Both the position numbers and the translations under genes were made by a program. Below are positions 31,050 to 41,247 of a DNA stretch of 64,000 bases, piece after piece. The first letter of the stretch is position 1. Every line of letters starts with the position of its first letter. Below the pieces are notes generated by a model, which had not been told where the DNA came from, did no database searches, and worked only from the letters and a program-made list of their open reading frames with translations. Source of the stretch: an uncultured virus (IMG/VR IMGVR_UViG_3300042505_000808) (Duplodnaviria; Heunggongvirae; Uroviricota; Caudoviricetes); IMG/VR virus record IMGVR_UViG_3300042505_000808; one strand, written 5' to 3'.

Positions 31050-31994
31050 TTAAGACAGCTGCTCGATCCCGTTCATAAAATTTGGGTCGTCAACGCACAC
31101 CTCCAGCTTGACAACTAAACGATTAAATTTACTGCAGCTGTGCGAAACAATACGATGTAGATGTTCTGTGCATAACACATTAGTAAGTATGTAATCTTTT
31201 ATCTGTTCTATAAGACTTGGGCCGTTATCTGCTTCTTCCTTGTAGCAACCTTTTTCTTTTAAAAAAGTATCCCAGAAGGATTCTGCGTTAGGATGTGTTT
31301 CTTTAGTCAACCCATCTGGAAGCGTCATGTGTAACGAACTCTGCTGCGCAGACAGACTAGTAAGCTGAAGGTAAAGGCGTAATCGGTTTAAGTATTCGTA
31401 ATAGTCATCCCTTGTTGCAATGACCCCCATCTTTGATGCTCTAAATGTTTCTTGGTAAAGTACATCAATTTCTCTTAAAGTTAACGAGCGGAAAGTTATG
31501 CGTAAATGTCCTGAATATAGTAGGTATCGCTTTGTAAAAACTTTTTGCCCTAACAGCATTTGTAGAAATCCAAGCTTGTCAATATGGCTCGGTTCTTCAA
31601 TAACTGGCATATTATTATCCCACCCGCATTGGGGACAAATATGTAAAACAGAACCTAATTCATCGTCATCTTTCTTGTCTTCTTCTACTTCTGTTTCCAC
31701 AGCAGCGGGAGGCGGTGGAGGTGCAAAGTCGCTAGGTAAGTCGGGTACAACATCTACAATAGGTGCGTCAGTTTCTACTTGTAGTCGTAAAGGTGGTTCG
31801 AGCACCATTGGAGGTGTGTCAGCAGTGTCCTCTGTAGCGGCAATACCTACAAATTCTATCTTTGCATCTTGCTTAGGTGGAGGTACATGCCCAAGAGAAA
31901 TTAACGCTTCCTCTAAAGTTTGTCCTTTAGCTTTAGCCACTTCTTCTAATAGCTGTCGTTCTTCATCAGATATTCGGCTCAAATCTAGCATCAC
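31050..31994 (-). CDS. Tail assembly chaperone, G part
   Basis: 314 aa; ITFRSLT..E motif; ends DDPNF at a slippery site; upstream of TMP. Confidence 0.7.
   Translation of the reverse strand: MMLDLSRISDEERQLLEEVAKAKGQTLEEALISLGHVPPPKQDAKIEFVGIAATEDTADTPPMVLEPPLRLQVETDAPIVDVVPDLPSDFAPPPPPAAVETEVEEDKKDDDELGSVLHICPQCGWDNNMPVIEEPSHIDKLGFLQMLLGQKVFTKRYLLYSGHLRITFRSLTLREIDVLYQETFRASKMGVIATRDDYYEYLNRLRLYLQLTSLSAQQSSLHMTLPDGLTKETHPNAESFWDTFLKEKGCYKEEADNGPSLIEQIKDYILTNVLCTEHLHRIVSHSCSKFNRLVVKLEVCVDDPNFMNGIEQLS
31077..31086 (-). other. -1 programmed ribosomal frameshift site CCCAAATTTT
   Basis: In-frame C CCA AAT and A AAT TTT (both X XXY YYZ); the -1 frame reads YERDRAAVLTVRSA into MRGM without a stop. 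Confidence 0.8.
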
Positions 31995-32000
31995 TACTCC

Positions 32001-34808
32001 TTACATTGAATAATTTCCGTCACATACCCGTTCTTTCCATTGAGGAAAACTAGGCTCCTCATACTTTTTCGTATTATCTTTTCGACTTCTTGCCTTCTTA
32101 GTCTCAAACAATTTAAATTTGTTTTCATCGCTATACCCTAGGAATACTTTTTTAGTTACCCAGTTAATTTTGCCGGGCCATGGGTATAATTCTTTACCTT
32201 GATACTTCACCACCTTCTCTGTCCAAGTTCTACCGGCTGATGCTAGCATACCCATGCGTTCCAATTGTTGCCACCTAGTTTCTAATAAGAAAAACCCAGT
32301 TGCAGAATAACCATAAGCATTACCTCTAATCGAAGTATCTCGGTAAGAAAATCCAATTTGATTTCCAAGTAAATTACTGTTACCAGGTTGAGAAGGTTTC
32401 CAGTAAAAATTAGAGTAGAATCCTAAAAAAATAGGATTACCGTCTTTAATATGATCTCTAGCTGATTTTGTAAATTGAGCAATGGATTTAGAAAGTATTT
32501 CAGATAAATTACTCTTGGAGCTATCTCCAACTTTGGGGTAACCGCCTTTACATGCCATCCCCCCAACAGATTGAATATCTCTTAGAGAGTATATGCCACC
32601 AGCTGCTGTAAGACTTCCACCATTAACAATTCCCACGTGACCTTCTATGACGGCTGGACCATGCACCTTAGCAAAGCCAGCACCAAAATAGTGAGAGGCT
32701 GTCATCTGCGTGGCCCCTTGACCAGAAGGTGAATGCCATATGCCAACCCCGCCAGTACAAAAAAAGTCAAACGATCTAGCATAAGAAACCATGCTAGAAC
32801 GACCATTGGCACAGTCTATGATTAAATCGCCAGTGCTTTCTGGGTTACCTTCATCCACCCCAGTGCGAATGTAGGCAGTTTTTGACATAGTGTTTACAGA
32901 ACCACCACGACTGAGCAGCGTAATACCTGTTGCCCTTACTTCTTCCCCAATAAGACCTTGATAAACTTGAGCTACTCCCTTCCCTTTCGATTCTAAAAGC
33001 ATGCCACCGGCTCCAGAATTACCGGCAAGCAGCTGCATATTACGCTCAGCTTTAATTCTAACATCGTATTCGTTTGAGGAAATATCTACGCTACCTCTTG
33101 CTCTAATTATCGCTTCGTTAGCTAATGTGACTACACGCGCACCCGACATCAACATCACATCACCACCAGCTTCTAGCCTAATTTGTCCTCCGCCCATCAG
33201 CAACTGAGAACCATATCCATCTGCAATAACAATGCTTCCATCCTCTGCAATCGTAATAAATGCAGCGGTGTTATAGTAATTTACATCTTTATACCGTTCA
33301 TCAATGAGAAGCTTTTGCGGTGTAACTTCAACATATGCTTTGGACATTTCCCCACGATAAAAACGAATCTCTGTTAATGGGCTCTTGTTATCCCCTTCTT
33401 CTGGGTAATCATAATCTTTTTTATGATAGAAAAAGGGATGAGTAGACTTCCAGTTATAATGATGTGTAAGTAAATCCATAATGCCAGCGGGGCGCAGTAT
33501 ATTTTTAAGGACAGCAACACTATCGTCTTTCCAGTCTAGAACTACATGGTTTGGACCTCCTCCGAATTTACCGCTAAACTTATATTGGCCTCTGTTAGGT
33601 CTTTCTGTTAAATCTTCGCCTTGAGTATCTTCTGTTAATCGTTTGCGTCTAGGATTGGGGATTAGTGGATATTTAGCCAGCATAATCTGTTTAGCCGACC
33701 TCACCGAATAACTTCCATCTAATGCTATTAATTCTTGAAATAACCCTATATCTTTATCTTTTGCAGCATCAGTCATTAATCTTTTGCCACTGTCTTTAGC
33801 TGGCTTAATTAATGTGCGGTTAAATCCTTGACCAAGATATCCCGTGTAATCAGTTAAACGATACAGTGGAGTTTGACTCTGATCTTGTACTTCCTCTAAT
33901 CCAAACGGAAATAGCCTATCCATCTGAACTGCTTCTGCACTGTTAGTCTTAGTGAACTTTTCAAGGGGAGCATACATCCCAGCAGCTTCCCATGGATAAG
34001 TTGCATGTCCAATTAATGAGAAGTTTTCACCCTCATCGTACTGCTGTATATTGTGGGTACAATACGACATAATGTTTAAAGATAAGCCAGCTAGCTTAGT
34101 GTAATTATCAAAGTAGTTTAACCAGAGACCGCAAGTTTCATTCACACGCAGATAAGTTTGAAAAGAGTCAATTAAAAGGCCGATACCCGTTTCAGACATA
34201 CGGACATATTCACCAATAGTCCCATCCATTGGCCGTCCGCAAGATTGAGAAACCCAACCATGCCCTCTTGCTGCTGTCCTTGGAATATTACGATAAGCAT
34301 CTACTTTCTTAGGGCCGGAGTTGCCACCCTGTTGAATATGATCTGACGCATTAAAGTCATCATGGAGCACAGGGGAAGGGAGCACTGCTAAGATGTAAGC
34401 TAACTCTGAGGAGGCTGGATTCCAAATCAACACATTAGAATTAGGTGCAATTACTTCGCCCGAGCGTACACCTAGCGGAGTGCGGGAATGATTAGAGGCA
34501 GAAGTTGCAATGCAAGTGCCTTGCCTTCCAGTTAATTGAACTTTGTAACAATGAACATATGGAAGAGCTAAAAGAACACGGCCTACCCGTAAAGGCGTGT
34601 CTGAGGCTAAAGGAGATGAGTGGTTGGCTGCGTTATTTTTTGAGTCGCTGACTTGACCGCCAGCTAGTAATTGATCCCAAGAGGAAGCCCCATCTAGTCT
34701 AGATCTGAGTGCAGAGATTAAACCAAGATCACCAGCATTAGCCCCTGTAGACTTTTCATTGTACACTGCTGGTTTACTATCAACAGAAGATCCTGGACTG
34801 TATGCCAT
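32001..34808 (-). CDS. Putative baseplate spike protein (gp5/gpV/VgrG-like)
   Basis: 935 aa; N-terminal OB-like beta region; ITIAEDGSIVIADGYGSQLLMGGGQIRLEAGGDVML beta-helix-like repeats. Confidence 0.55.
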   Translation of the reverse strand: MAYSPGSSVDSKPAVYNEKSTGANAGDLGLISALRSRLDGASSWDQLLAGGQVSDSKNNAANHSSPLASDTPLRVGRVLLALPYVHCYKVQLTGRQGTCIATSASNHSRTPLGVRSGEVIAPNSNVLIWNPASSELAYILAVLPSPVLHDDFNASDHIQQGGNSGPKKVDAYRNIPRTAARGHGWVSQSCGRPMDGTIGEYVRMSETGIGLLIDSFQTYLRVNETCGLWLNYFDNYTKLAGLSLNIMSYCTHNIQQYDEGENFSLIGHATYPWEAAGMYAPLEKFTKTNSAEAVQMDRLFPFGLEEVQDQSQTPLYRLTDYTGYLGQGFNRTLIKPAKDSGKRLMTDAAKDKDIGLFQELIALDGSYSVRSAKQIMLAKYPLIPNPRRKRLTEDTQGEDLTERPNRGQYKFSGKFGGGPNHVVLDWKDDSVAVLKNILRPAGIMDLLTHHYNWKSTHPFFYHKKDYDYPEEGDNKSPLTEIRFYRGEMSKAYVEVTPQKLLIDERYKDVNYYNTAAFITIAEDGSIVIADGYGSQLLMGGGQIRLEAGGDVMLMSGARVVTLANEAIIRARGSVDISSNEYDVRIKAERNMQLLAGNSGAGGMLLESKGKGVAQVYQGLIGEEVRATGITLLSRGGSVNTMSKTAYIRTGVDEGNPESTGDLIIDCANGRSSMVSYARSFDFFCTGGVGIWHSPSGQGATQMTASHYFGAGFAKVHGPAVIEGHVGIVNGGSLTAAGGIYSLRDIQSVGGMACKGGYPKVGDSSKSNLSEILSKSIAQFTKSARDHIKDGNPIFLGFYSNFYWKPSQPGNSNLLGNQIGFSYRDTSIRGNAYGYSATGFFLLETRWQQLERMGMLASAGRTWTEKVVKYQGKELYPWPGKINWVTKKVFLGYSDENKFKLFETKKARSRKDNTKKYEEPSFPQWKERVCDGNYSM

Positions 34809-34847
34809 ATGTGTCTCACCTTAGGGTGCGTTTGGAGCTTAAAGCTC

Positions 34848-34878
34848 AAAAAACTGGCCCAACCTAAGTTGAGCCAGT
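34848..34878 (-). terminator. Intrinsic terminator after tail tube gene
   Basis: Minus strand ACTGGCTCAAC-TTAG-GTTGGGCCAGT running into a T tract. Confidence 0.8.
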
Positions 34879-34882
34879 CGGT

Positions 34883-34900
34883 TTAAAATCCGGATTTTAA
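34883..34900. promoter_or_regulatory. Perfect 18-bp palindrome TTAAAATCCGGATTTTAA
   Basis: Seen directly; near-copies at 58948-58965, 42953-42967 and 54046-54063. Function unknown. Confidence 0.45.
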
Positions 34901-34901
34901 C

Positions 34902-35438
34902 TTATGCTGTTTCACATGTTAGGTTTGCAAACATGAGTGTAATATTTTCATTTACAAGCATGTCTTGCGATCCAACAGTAACGCTTAAGTTAGTCATTAA
35001 AGCACCCGTAATGGAATACTTTACTTTATTAAAGTTTGCTGCCCCTACTGCATTTTTAAAAGGCGCAGGTTTTGAGGTACCTGAAGCTGCGTCACACCCT
35101 CCTGCGAAGGTGAATGAAAAATCTTGAGGGGAACAAACATTACCCATTTTGTTATAAAAATCACAAAGTGCACCAGACTGCGGTCCAAGTATTCGAGCAA
35201 TCGTACCTTGTCCTTGAGTACGACCACCTACATAGAATACAGGAACAACACCACCTGCTGCCCCACCGCTACCACCATTTGAAACATCGTAGATGCGTGC
35301 AACTTGCTGAGAGAATGACATGTTGACGTTCTGTACGATGCCTACATTAGTAGGGGTGCCTGCAATTGTTAATGCAGCAACATCCGAGGCAAAAGCTCCG
35401 GCAAACTGCGTTCGTTGTCTTTGATAGATATCTGACAT
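34902..35438 (-). CDS. Tail tube protein
   Basis: 178 aa right after the sheath; VGIVQNVNMSFSQQVARIYDV...VNENITLMF tube-like pattern; SD AAGGAG. Confidence 0.75.
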   Translation of the reverse strand: MSDIYQRQRTQFAGAFASDVAALTIAGTPTNVGIVQNVNMSFSQQVARIYDVSNGGSGGAAGGVVPVFYVGGRTQGQGTIARILGPQSGALCDFYNKMGNVCSPQDFSFTFAGGCDAASGTSKPAPFKNAVGAANFNKVKYSITGALMTNLSVTVGSQDMLVNENITLMFANLTCETA

Positions 35439-35498
35439 AGAAGTTACTCCTTGAAATTATAAAGCTATAAAGCCACTTATAGCGGTTAGCCACTAGGG

Positions 35499-35528
35499 AA
35501 AATCTAGGGGGCTGGCAGGCCCCCTAGA
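35499..35528 (-). terminator. Intrinsic terminator/hairpin after tail sheath gene
   Basis: Perfect 10-bp stem TCTAGGGGGC/GCCCCCTAGA with 6-nt loop, then TTTT on the minus strand. Confidence 0.75.
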
Positions 35529-35538
35529 AAAGGCCACA

Positions 35539-38346
35539 TTAAACTACAAGGTGTAATTCAATGTTATTTAATGCGTATGGCACTTCCAAGGTAATGTAAG
35601 CGACATACCGATCTTTAAACACTTCTGAAATAAAGAAACGATCAACGGTTGCGGTGATTAGCTGCCCGCCGAGTTGGGGAGTGGTCCGCTCTATTCGCAA
35701 CGCACGAATTAGCCTATCCATCCCGCCAAGAATAATATCGCTCATTGTTGGGGTCACATTAGTAACACCAATAAAGGGAGCAAAGTAATCCTTGAACCGG
35801 TAGCTAATGCTGTCCACATTACGAGTCAGCATTTCTTCACGCTGGTTGATATCTGCATAGTCCCCAGTTGTTACAGCATGTCGAGTGTAAATTTGACCTG
35901 CTGCATCCTGTTGCACAACCCACACGCCAGCAAGAGCTAGAATATCTCGCTGTGGCTTGTTGAACTTATCGTTTGTCCGTTGTGTGCTGGAAAAACCAGT
36001 AATTTCCACATTGGTCAAACCTTGTTGTGGAAGTACAGCGGAAGCCAAACCGGCAAGTGCTGCATTCAAAAAGTAACCCGATTGAATGGTACCTGAGGAT
36101 TCGATTCGGTCAGGCCATGTGGCTCTAACACGTCGATCTCCATAAGCACCAGCAGTCTTGGCAATTTCAACAGCTTCTTCACCAGCCGACAAAGTTCGCC
36201 AAACTTCAATTTTAGATGGAACCAACTGTTCTACAGCAGGACCAGTCTTAACTCGAAGTTGACCTTCAGACTGAACTTCATCTACAACAAATTCGCTGTA
36301 AGTGTAGTTGCCAAAGCCGTCACCAGTGTACAACGCACGAACGATGTCTCCAGGTCTTACGCCATTTTCTTCAAACCCAGCATTACCTGCGGGAACATAG
36401 CAAATGGTGTAGTCAACTGCAGTAGTAGTAGGATCAGCTTCAAATCTAGCTAAAACAACTTCTCCATCGGTGCTAGTTGCTTCCGTATGATTAGGTACGG
36501 TAGAACCGGCTGCTACGACTGGGATTTCAGGAATGCCGTGCAAGTTTGCCCAGAGCACTCGCCATAACCCTTCAGAAGCGGATGAACAACTATTAACATG
36601 AGCTTGGAATAACCCAAGTACTGTTGCATCGTTGGTCAATGGTACTAGATTGTAGGTGTCATCTCGGCTTAACAACACTTCTAGCACTTCATCCCAATAA
36701 TTGACATCGTTAGGATCATTAACTGCAGTGTAAAGTACGGGAGTACCATTACTGTTTGATAATGCCTTAAACACGCCCCACTTAAGAGGATTGTCGGGAG
36801 TTAAAGAACCAGAAATATCATCAATGTTGCCAACATCGACAATGCTGTTAACCTTGCCAGCCAAGTCGGGCAACCAAGCACGATACTCAACATACAACTC
36901 ACCATAGCCTGCCTCGTCAGACGAGTAGACATCTAGTGCAGTAGCTGTGCCAATCTCAGCATCGTAAGCTACAATTCCGGATTTTACAGAAAGCTCAACA
37001 TCAGACTGTTCCCAGTTGGTAAGAGGAGCCATACCTATACGATTTGCAGTCACTTCAAGAAGTGGTTTGCGAATGTACAAATCAATGCCGACTTCTTCAT
37101 TACCACCAAAGGTTTGATCTAAATTATTCCCAAGCACAATGGTACGAATTTCACCTTCGCTAGTGCCATTAGCTTGAACATAAAATCGATCACCTTTGCG
37201 TAAACCTGCAGTACTGATAAGCTTGAACGAAACACCACGAGTTCCGATAGGAAGACAAGTGTTATTAGCGATTACTGAAGGGCCACTTTGATCAACACCA
37301 TCAGTGGTAGCAACAGAGATCTCAGGATAAGCACCCCAAGCACCACCTTTAGTGACTGTTACAATATAGTTGGTGTCTGAGTTGCTTACATAAGTTCCGC
37401 AAGATGTCGAGGCAGGAGCATCGAACAATTGTGAAACTGTCATGGTAAACACTTGACCAACAAGGATGTCCACATCGCTAACACCTGCTGCGGCAGAGGC
37501 TGCAACAGTACCTGCGTCAGGAGTGCTACCAAAAGTGACAAGCAAGCCACGGGTTCCAACTGCAGTTGCACCTGACAACGCCAAAGAGGACTGATTGTCA
37601 GTTCCACTTGCAGTAGTTACACGGAAACGAGCGGTAGTCAAGTCTCCGCCAATGGAACCATCGATAACCGTAAGCGTATAAACTTCATTAATTACACCAG
37701 AAGGTAACCCATTGTAGGTACCAGAAGGTGTGATAGTGATAGAGTTAGCAACACCAGTAGTGCGTACTGCGACAGAGACAGCAGCTTGGGAAGCACTATT
37801 AGTAGAAGCTGCGATAGGTGCATCAATGGAGGAGGCAACTACGTTTGCAACAAACCCACGGACATAAGTCCATAAGGTAAGCACATCAGAAGTAGCCCCA
37901 GAACCATCTGCAACACCTCGTACTCGAACAATATCACCAATTTTTACATCTCGATTACCCAAAGCGGCATTACGAGCAAACCCACCATTAGACACAAAGT
38001 TCACAGTAGCTGATGCAACTCGGTTACGATACCCACTTACTACCGTAATAGTAGAACCGCTAGTAGAGGGGTCAGAAAAATACTTTAACAAAGCATCTTT
38101 GATAAACAGCTTGGTGTAGCTTGCGTCAACCACGGCACCAGCTGGGCGCTCAGGCCAAGGGAAAGCCGAGTCAGTACCATTGTCATAAAAACCCAAGTTA
38201 CCAAATTCTCTTTCGTTTTCATCGCTGTAACGAACGAGTTTGGCATGACCGCCAGAGATATGTGCTGACAGCGGGTTAGCTGCTGCAGCTGGTTGAATAG
38301 TAAAATCTTGGAAAACAAGAACTTGCGGAAGAACATAAGTTGCCAT
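35539..38346 (-). CDS. Contractile tail sheath protein
   Basis: 935 aa; N-terminal YVLPQVLV; C-terminal AALAGL...QQGLTN...GVWVVQQ...RHAVTT...EEMLTRNVD...VPYALNNIELHL. Confidence 0.85.
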   Translation of the reverse strand: MATYVLPQVLVFQDFTIQPAAAANPLSAHISGGHAKLVRYSDENEREFGNLGFYDNGTDSAFPWPERPAGAVVDASYTKLFIKDALLKYFSDPSTSGSTITVVSGYRNRVASATVNFVSNGGFARNAALGNRDVKIGDIVRVRGVADGSGATSDVLTLWTYVRGFVANVVASSIDAPIAASTNSASQAAVSVAVRTTGVANSITITPSGTYNGLPSGVINEVYTLTVIDGSIGGDLTTARFRVTTASGTDNQSSLALSGATAVGTRGLLVTFGSTPDAGTVAASAAAGVSDVDILVGQVFTMTVSQLFDAPASTSCGTYVSNSDTNYIVTVTKGGAWGAYPEISVATTDGVDQSGPSVIANNTCLPIGTRGVSFKLISTAGLRKGDRFYVQANGTSEGEIRTIVLGNNLDQTFGGNEEVGIDLYIRKPLLEVTANRIGMAPLTNWEQSDVELSVKSGIVAYDAEIGTATALDVYSSDEAGYGELYVEYRAWLPDLAGKVNSIVDVGNIDDISGSLTPDNPLKWGVFKALSNSNGTPVLYTAVNDPNDVNYWDEVLEVLLSRDDTYNLVPLTNDATVLGLFQAHVNSCSSASEGLWRVLWANLHGIPEIPVVAAGSTVPNHTEATSTDGEVVLARFEADPTTTAVDYTICYVPAGNAGFEENGVRPGDIVRALYTGDGFGNYTYSEFVVDEVQSEGQLRVKTGPAVEQLVPSKIEVWRTLSAGEEAVEIAKTAGAYGDRRVRATWPDRIESSGTIQSGYFLNAALAGLASAVLPQQGLTNVEITGFSSTQRTNDKFNKPQRDILALAGVWVVQQDAAGQIYTRHAVTTGDYADINQREEMLTRNVDSISYRFKDYFAPFIGVTNVTPTMSDIILGGMDRLIRALRIERTTPQLGGQLITATVDRFFISEVFKDRYVAYITLEVPYALNNIELHLVV

Positions 38347-38377
38347 TAGTGGCCTCCTGCCTAAAAATGTATAAGAG

Positions 38378-39109
38378 TTATGGACCTTGGTACCGAGAGT
38401 TTAAACTAACTTGATCTCCGTCCAAGACACCAGTAAAAGAGAAACCCTGAGCCGGAAGTGAATCTCGTTTAAGCTGCCAGACATGCTCGTAAGCCCATCC
38501 AACAGTTATCGGAATCACATAATTCTCTGTGGACTCTTCAAGTTCTTGAATAGCCCCTACGTCGGTGACTGAGAAGTTTCTCAATCCAAGGTTCTGGCGA
38601 ATCGGCCACATACAGGCAATTAAATGCCCCATGACTTCCGCAGCTAGAACCTCCGTTGAAGCACCCGTTCCATGGATGCAGAAAAGAGTGTGCGAACCAA
38701 CAAACATGGTGGCATGTCGAGTAATCGCACCCTTTTCGTTTTCGTATGCCGCTTCTCCACCCCCAAAGATAAACCCGCCACCTAGACCAAGGGGCGTATC
38801 CCTAAAGGCATTGCGTTTTATCATTATAGCTGGCCGTTTTTCAACAAGATCAGGTCTATAACGATACACACTTTCAATGAGTATACCCGAGTTGACTTGT
38901 TCTTTCCAGATGTATTGCTTCATTTCTGGAGTAATAATATTTTCTGGATTAGACCATTGTCTTATAAGCAAATCACGAAGAAATCCGGTGATAAGAAGAG
39001 GTTGCCAGCCATTGTCACACAAATAGCTAGTGTCAATCGTACTTTGTACTTTTGGAGCATCTCTCTCAGGAGGAGGGACGCTTGGGGGACACCAATTTGC
39101 TGTATTCAT
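38378..39109 (-). CDS. Putative tail terminator/completion protein
   Basis: 243 aa directly upstream of the sheath; RPAIMIKR motif. Confidence 0.55.
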   Translation of the reverse strand: MNTANWCPPSVPPPERDAPKVQSTIDTSYLCDNGWQPLLITGFLRDLLIRQWSNPENIITPEMKQYIWKEQVNSGILIESVYRYRPDLVEKRPAIMIKRNAFRDTPLGLGGGFIFGGGEAAYENEKGAITRHATMFVGSHTLFCIHGTGASTEVLAAEVMGHLIACMWPIRQNLGLRNFSVTDVGAIQELEESTENYVIPITVGWAYEHVWQLKRDSLPAQGFSFTGVLDGDQVSLNSRYQGP

Positions 39110-39335
39110 CGATATTTAACTCCTTATCTGTAATGTGTTTATAAATTTTAGCTGCAGGGACATCAAATTTCATCATGCTTAATCGCCCTATTAGCGAACT
39201 TGACTTTCTCCCAGTAGATGGCTCAGGTTTAGTGTAAGGTACAGTGGGCTTCTCTAAACTCGTGCGAGAAGGCGCACGAGGTACGCTACCAAAGTCAGGA
39301 GTGCTAGGAGATATAAATCTTGGTATGTATGGCAT
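39066..39335 (-). CDS. Small Pro/Ser-rich hypothetical protein
   Basis: 89 aa; fills the gap and overlaps the next gene by 44 bp. Confidence 0.45.
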   Translation of the reverse strand: MPYIPRFISPSTPDFGSVPRAPSRTSLEKPTVPYTKPEPSTGRKSSSLIGRLSMMKFDVPAAKIYKHITDKELNIDEYSKLVSPKRPSS

Positions 39336-39342
39336 AAGTATC

Positions 39343-40209
39343 TCAGGTTAATGATTGCAACCAGTCATCTTGCTGCGGTATCGCAATTTTGTAAACTATG
39401 TCTGAAAACGGAGCAGGGCGTAACACTACATTAGCAATTAAAGGAACGCCTCTTATTTCAGCAGTATGCTGAATAGACTGTATGTAGTAGCGGTCATCTG
39501 TTTTTCGGTTAACCCATACATCCTGTTCCCCAATTAAAGGCAGCATTAACATTCGTGCCGATACTTTAATGTCTTGAACTGTACCTCGCATGCCTTGGTC
39601 ATCTATATTCATGTTTTGAGACTGAGGTGAAAAGTCCGCCCAAATGCAGCCAACCGGATAAAAATAACCACACTCTTTGCCAGTTCCCCAGCATTGAGGG
39701 CAATAAGGATCAAGAGTTTCTAATGTTTGAAAATCGGAGCATACGGGACAATTAGCTCCCATCACTCGACGCTTTAGCAAATAACCATCTTGTGAAATAT
39801 GTTTAAATCGTAGCTTTTCTTTTCTTACAATTTCTTTTGCTATTCTCCAGTCTCTAACAGACAGAATACCAGCTTTTGCAACTGGGTCGGAATAGTAAAC
39901 TCCAACGGAAGTAGTCAGTTTGACTCGATAATAAATCGGTAAGGTTATAACGCTGTAGGTGTCTTGGCCGGGATCAACGGCATAACAAGCATTAACAAGA
40001 GGAAGCCCAACATTTTCCCAATCATCTGCAGTTGGGCTACCACCATGCCCGACTTGTAGTTGAAAAGTCCAAGGGGTTGGATCTACAAAAGTGGGGAGCA
40101 ATGACCACATAACATGGGTGCCCCCTCTTATTAGGTAGGAAACATGCACCATATCGAAAACATTTTCGCAGGAAGGCGGGCATTGATCTGTTTCGCAGTT
40201 GTTGTACAT
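39343..40209 (-). CDS. Putative head closure (stopper) protein with Cys4 zinc finger
   Basis: 288 aa; CPVC...CPQCWGTG; C-terminal DVWV...DRYYIQSI beta-barrel pattern; neck position. Confidence 0.55.
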   Translation of the reverse strand: MYNNCETDQCPPSCENVFDMVHVSYLIRGGTHVMWSLLPTFVDPTPWTFQLQVGHGGSPTADDWENVGLPLVNACYAVDPGQDTYSVITLPIYYRVKLTTSVGVYYSDPVAKAGILSVRDWRIAKEIVRKEKLRFKHISQDGYLLKRRVMGANCPVCSDFQTLETLDPYCPQCWGTGKECGYFYPVGCIWADFSPQSQNMNIDDQGMRGTVQDIKVSARMLMLPLIGEQDVWVNRKTDDRYYIQSIQHTAEIRGVPLIANVVLRPAPFSDIVYKIAIPQQDDWLQSLT

Positions 40210-40225
40210 ATCAAGCTCCTCTGCG

Positions 40226-41176
40226 TTAATTATAGAATATGCCAGAATAACTTGAATTTAAGTTGCCAGAGAACAACCCAATATTAATTTCCATCTTCTT
40301 AGCACGGAGCATTTCTCTAAATTGCTGAGTTAGCTGATTGCTTGCTGCTCGGTATTGTTGTTCTTTATTCTTGTCATCAATAGATAACCCACCTGCGTTG
40401 TAGGCAAGCTGATTACGACGATAGTGGCTAGATACCATATCAAATAGATAAGACTGAATCCCAACCATCCACATCTCTCTAAAAGGAAATGTTTTTGTAG
40501 TAAGCAATGGTTGAATAGGAGGTGGAGTTTCATTCCAATACATAATTGGGCGCAAAACTGCTTGTGTAATTTCAGCTGCATCAAACTCTACATCGTCTAA
40601 CAAAGAGTTATCTGCTGGGCCATTATCTCGCATAGACAAGCGGATTTCTTCGATTGTAGGAGGCCCAAGCGTTCGCTTAGTCATGTCATCACTTACACCG
40701 AACAAACCGCGCCTTACAAACGCACAACTTTGATTACTAAACAGCATGTTGCCATTAGAATCAAACACTGCCCACTCTTCTAAATACACTCCGGGATTTC
40801 GTACAATTTCGTCAGGAAGAGCGTCAGCTTTAACCAGTCCCGTAGCGGGGTTGATAATAGTAACATCTATGGAATGAATCGGGTCATTAGCTGGATCAAC
40901 CCCTGTTAATTCCCTCATCCGCAAAGTAACGCCACAAGGTGGGTTACCCACATCGTCAAAGGAAACATTAGGCTGGCTGATTGCAGCACTATCGGAACAG
41001 CTTGCAACTGCGGATAAATCTACAAGTATTCCTTGTGGATCTTTCAAATTCCAAAGTAATCGAGCATATTGTCCCATTTGAATCTCATGACATTGGATTT
41101 TGGCAAGCACAGGGCAGCCATCGACCAAAGTCTGTTTGGGTCTAAGATTATTTTGATTAGTACTTTCATTCGGCAT
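40226..41176 (-). CDS. Putative head-tail adaptor/neck protein
   Basis: 316 aa; IEEIRLSMRD...NSLLDDVEFD..EI helical domain; GGLSIDD. Confidence 0.55.
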   Translation of the reverse strand: MPNESTNQNNLRPKQTLVDGCPVLAKIQCHEIQMGQYARLLWNLKDPQGILVDLSAVASCSDSAAISQPNVSFDDVGNPPCGVTLRMRELTGVDPANDPIHSIDVTIINPATGLVKADALPDEIVRNPGVYLEEWAVFDSNGNMLFSNQSCAFVRRGLFGVSDDMTKRTLGPPTIEEIRLSMRDNGPADNSLLDDVEFDAAEITQAVLRPIMYWNETPPPIQPLLTTKTFPFREMWMVGIQSYLFDMVSSHYRRNQLAYNAGGLSIDDKNKEQQYRAASNQLTQQFREMLRAKKMEINIGLFSGNLNSSYSGIFYN

Positions 41177-41247
41177 AGCAGGTACTCCTATTTATGTCAT
41201 TGTAATTTGTTACGCAAGAAATCTGAATAGAAGTCCTAGGCTTCACC

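Noticed and set aside
18428..38346. Bacterial eCIS, tailocin or T6SS locus
   Set aside because: Protease, scaffold, capsid and neck genes in the same run indicate a complete phage
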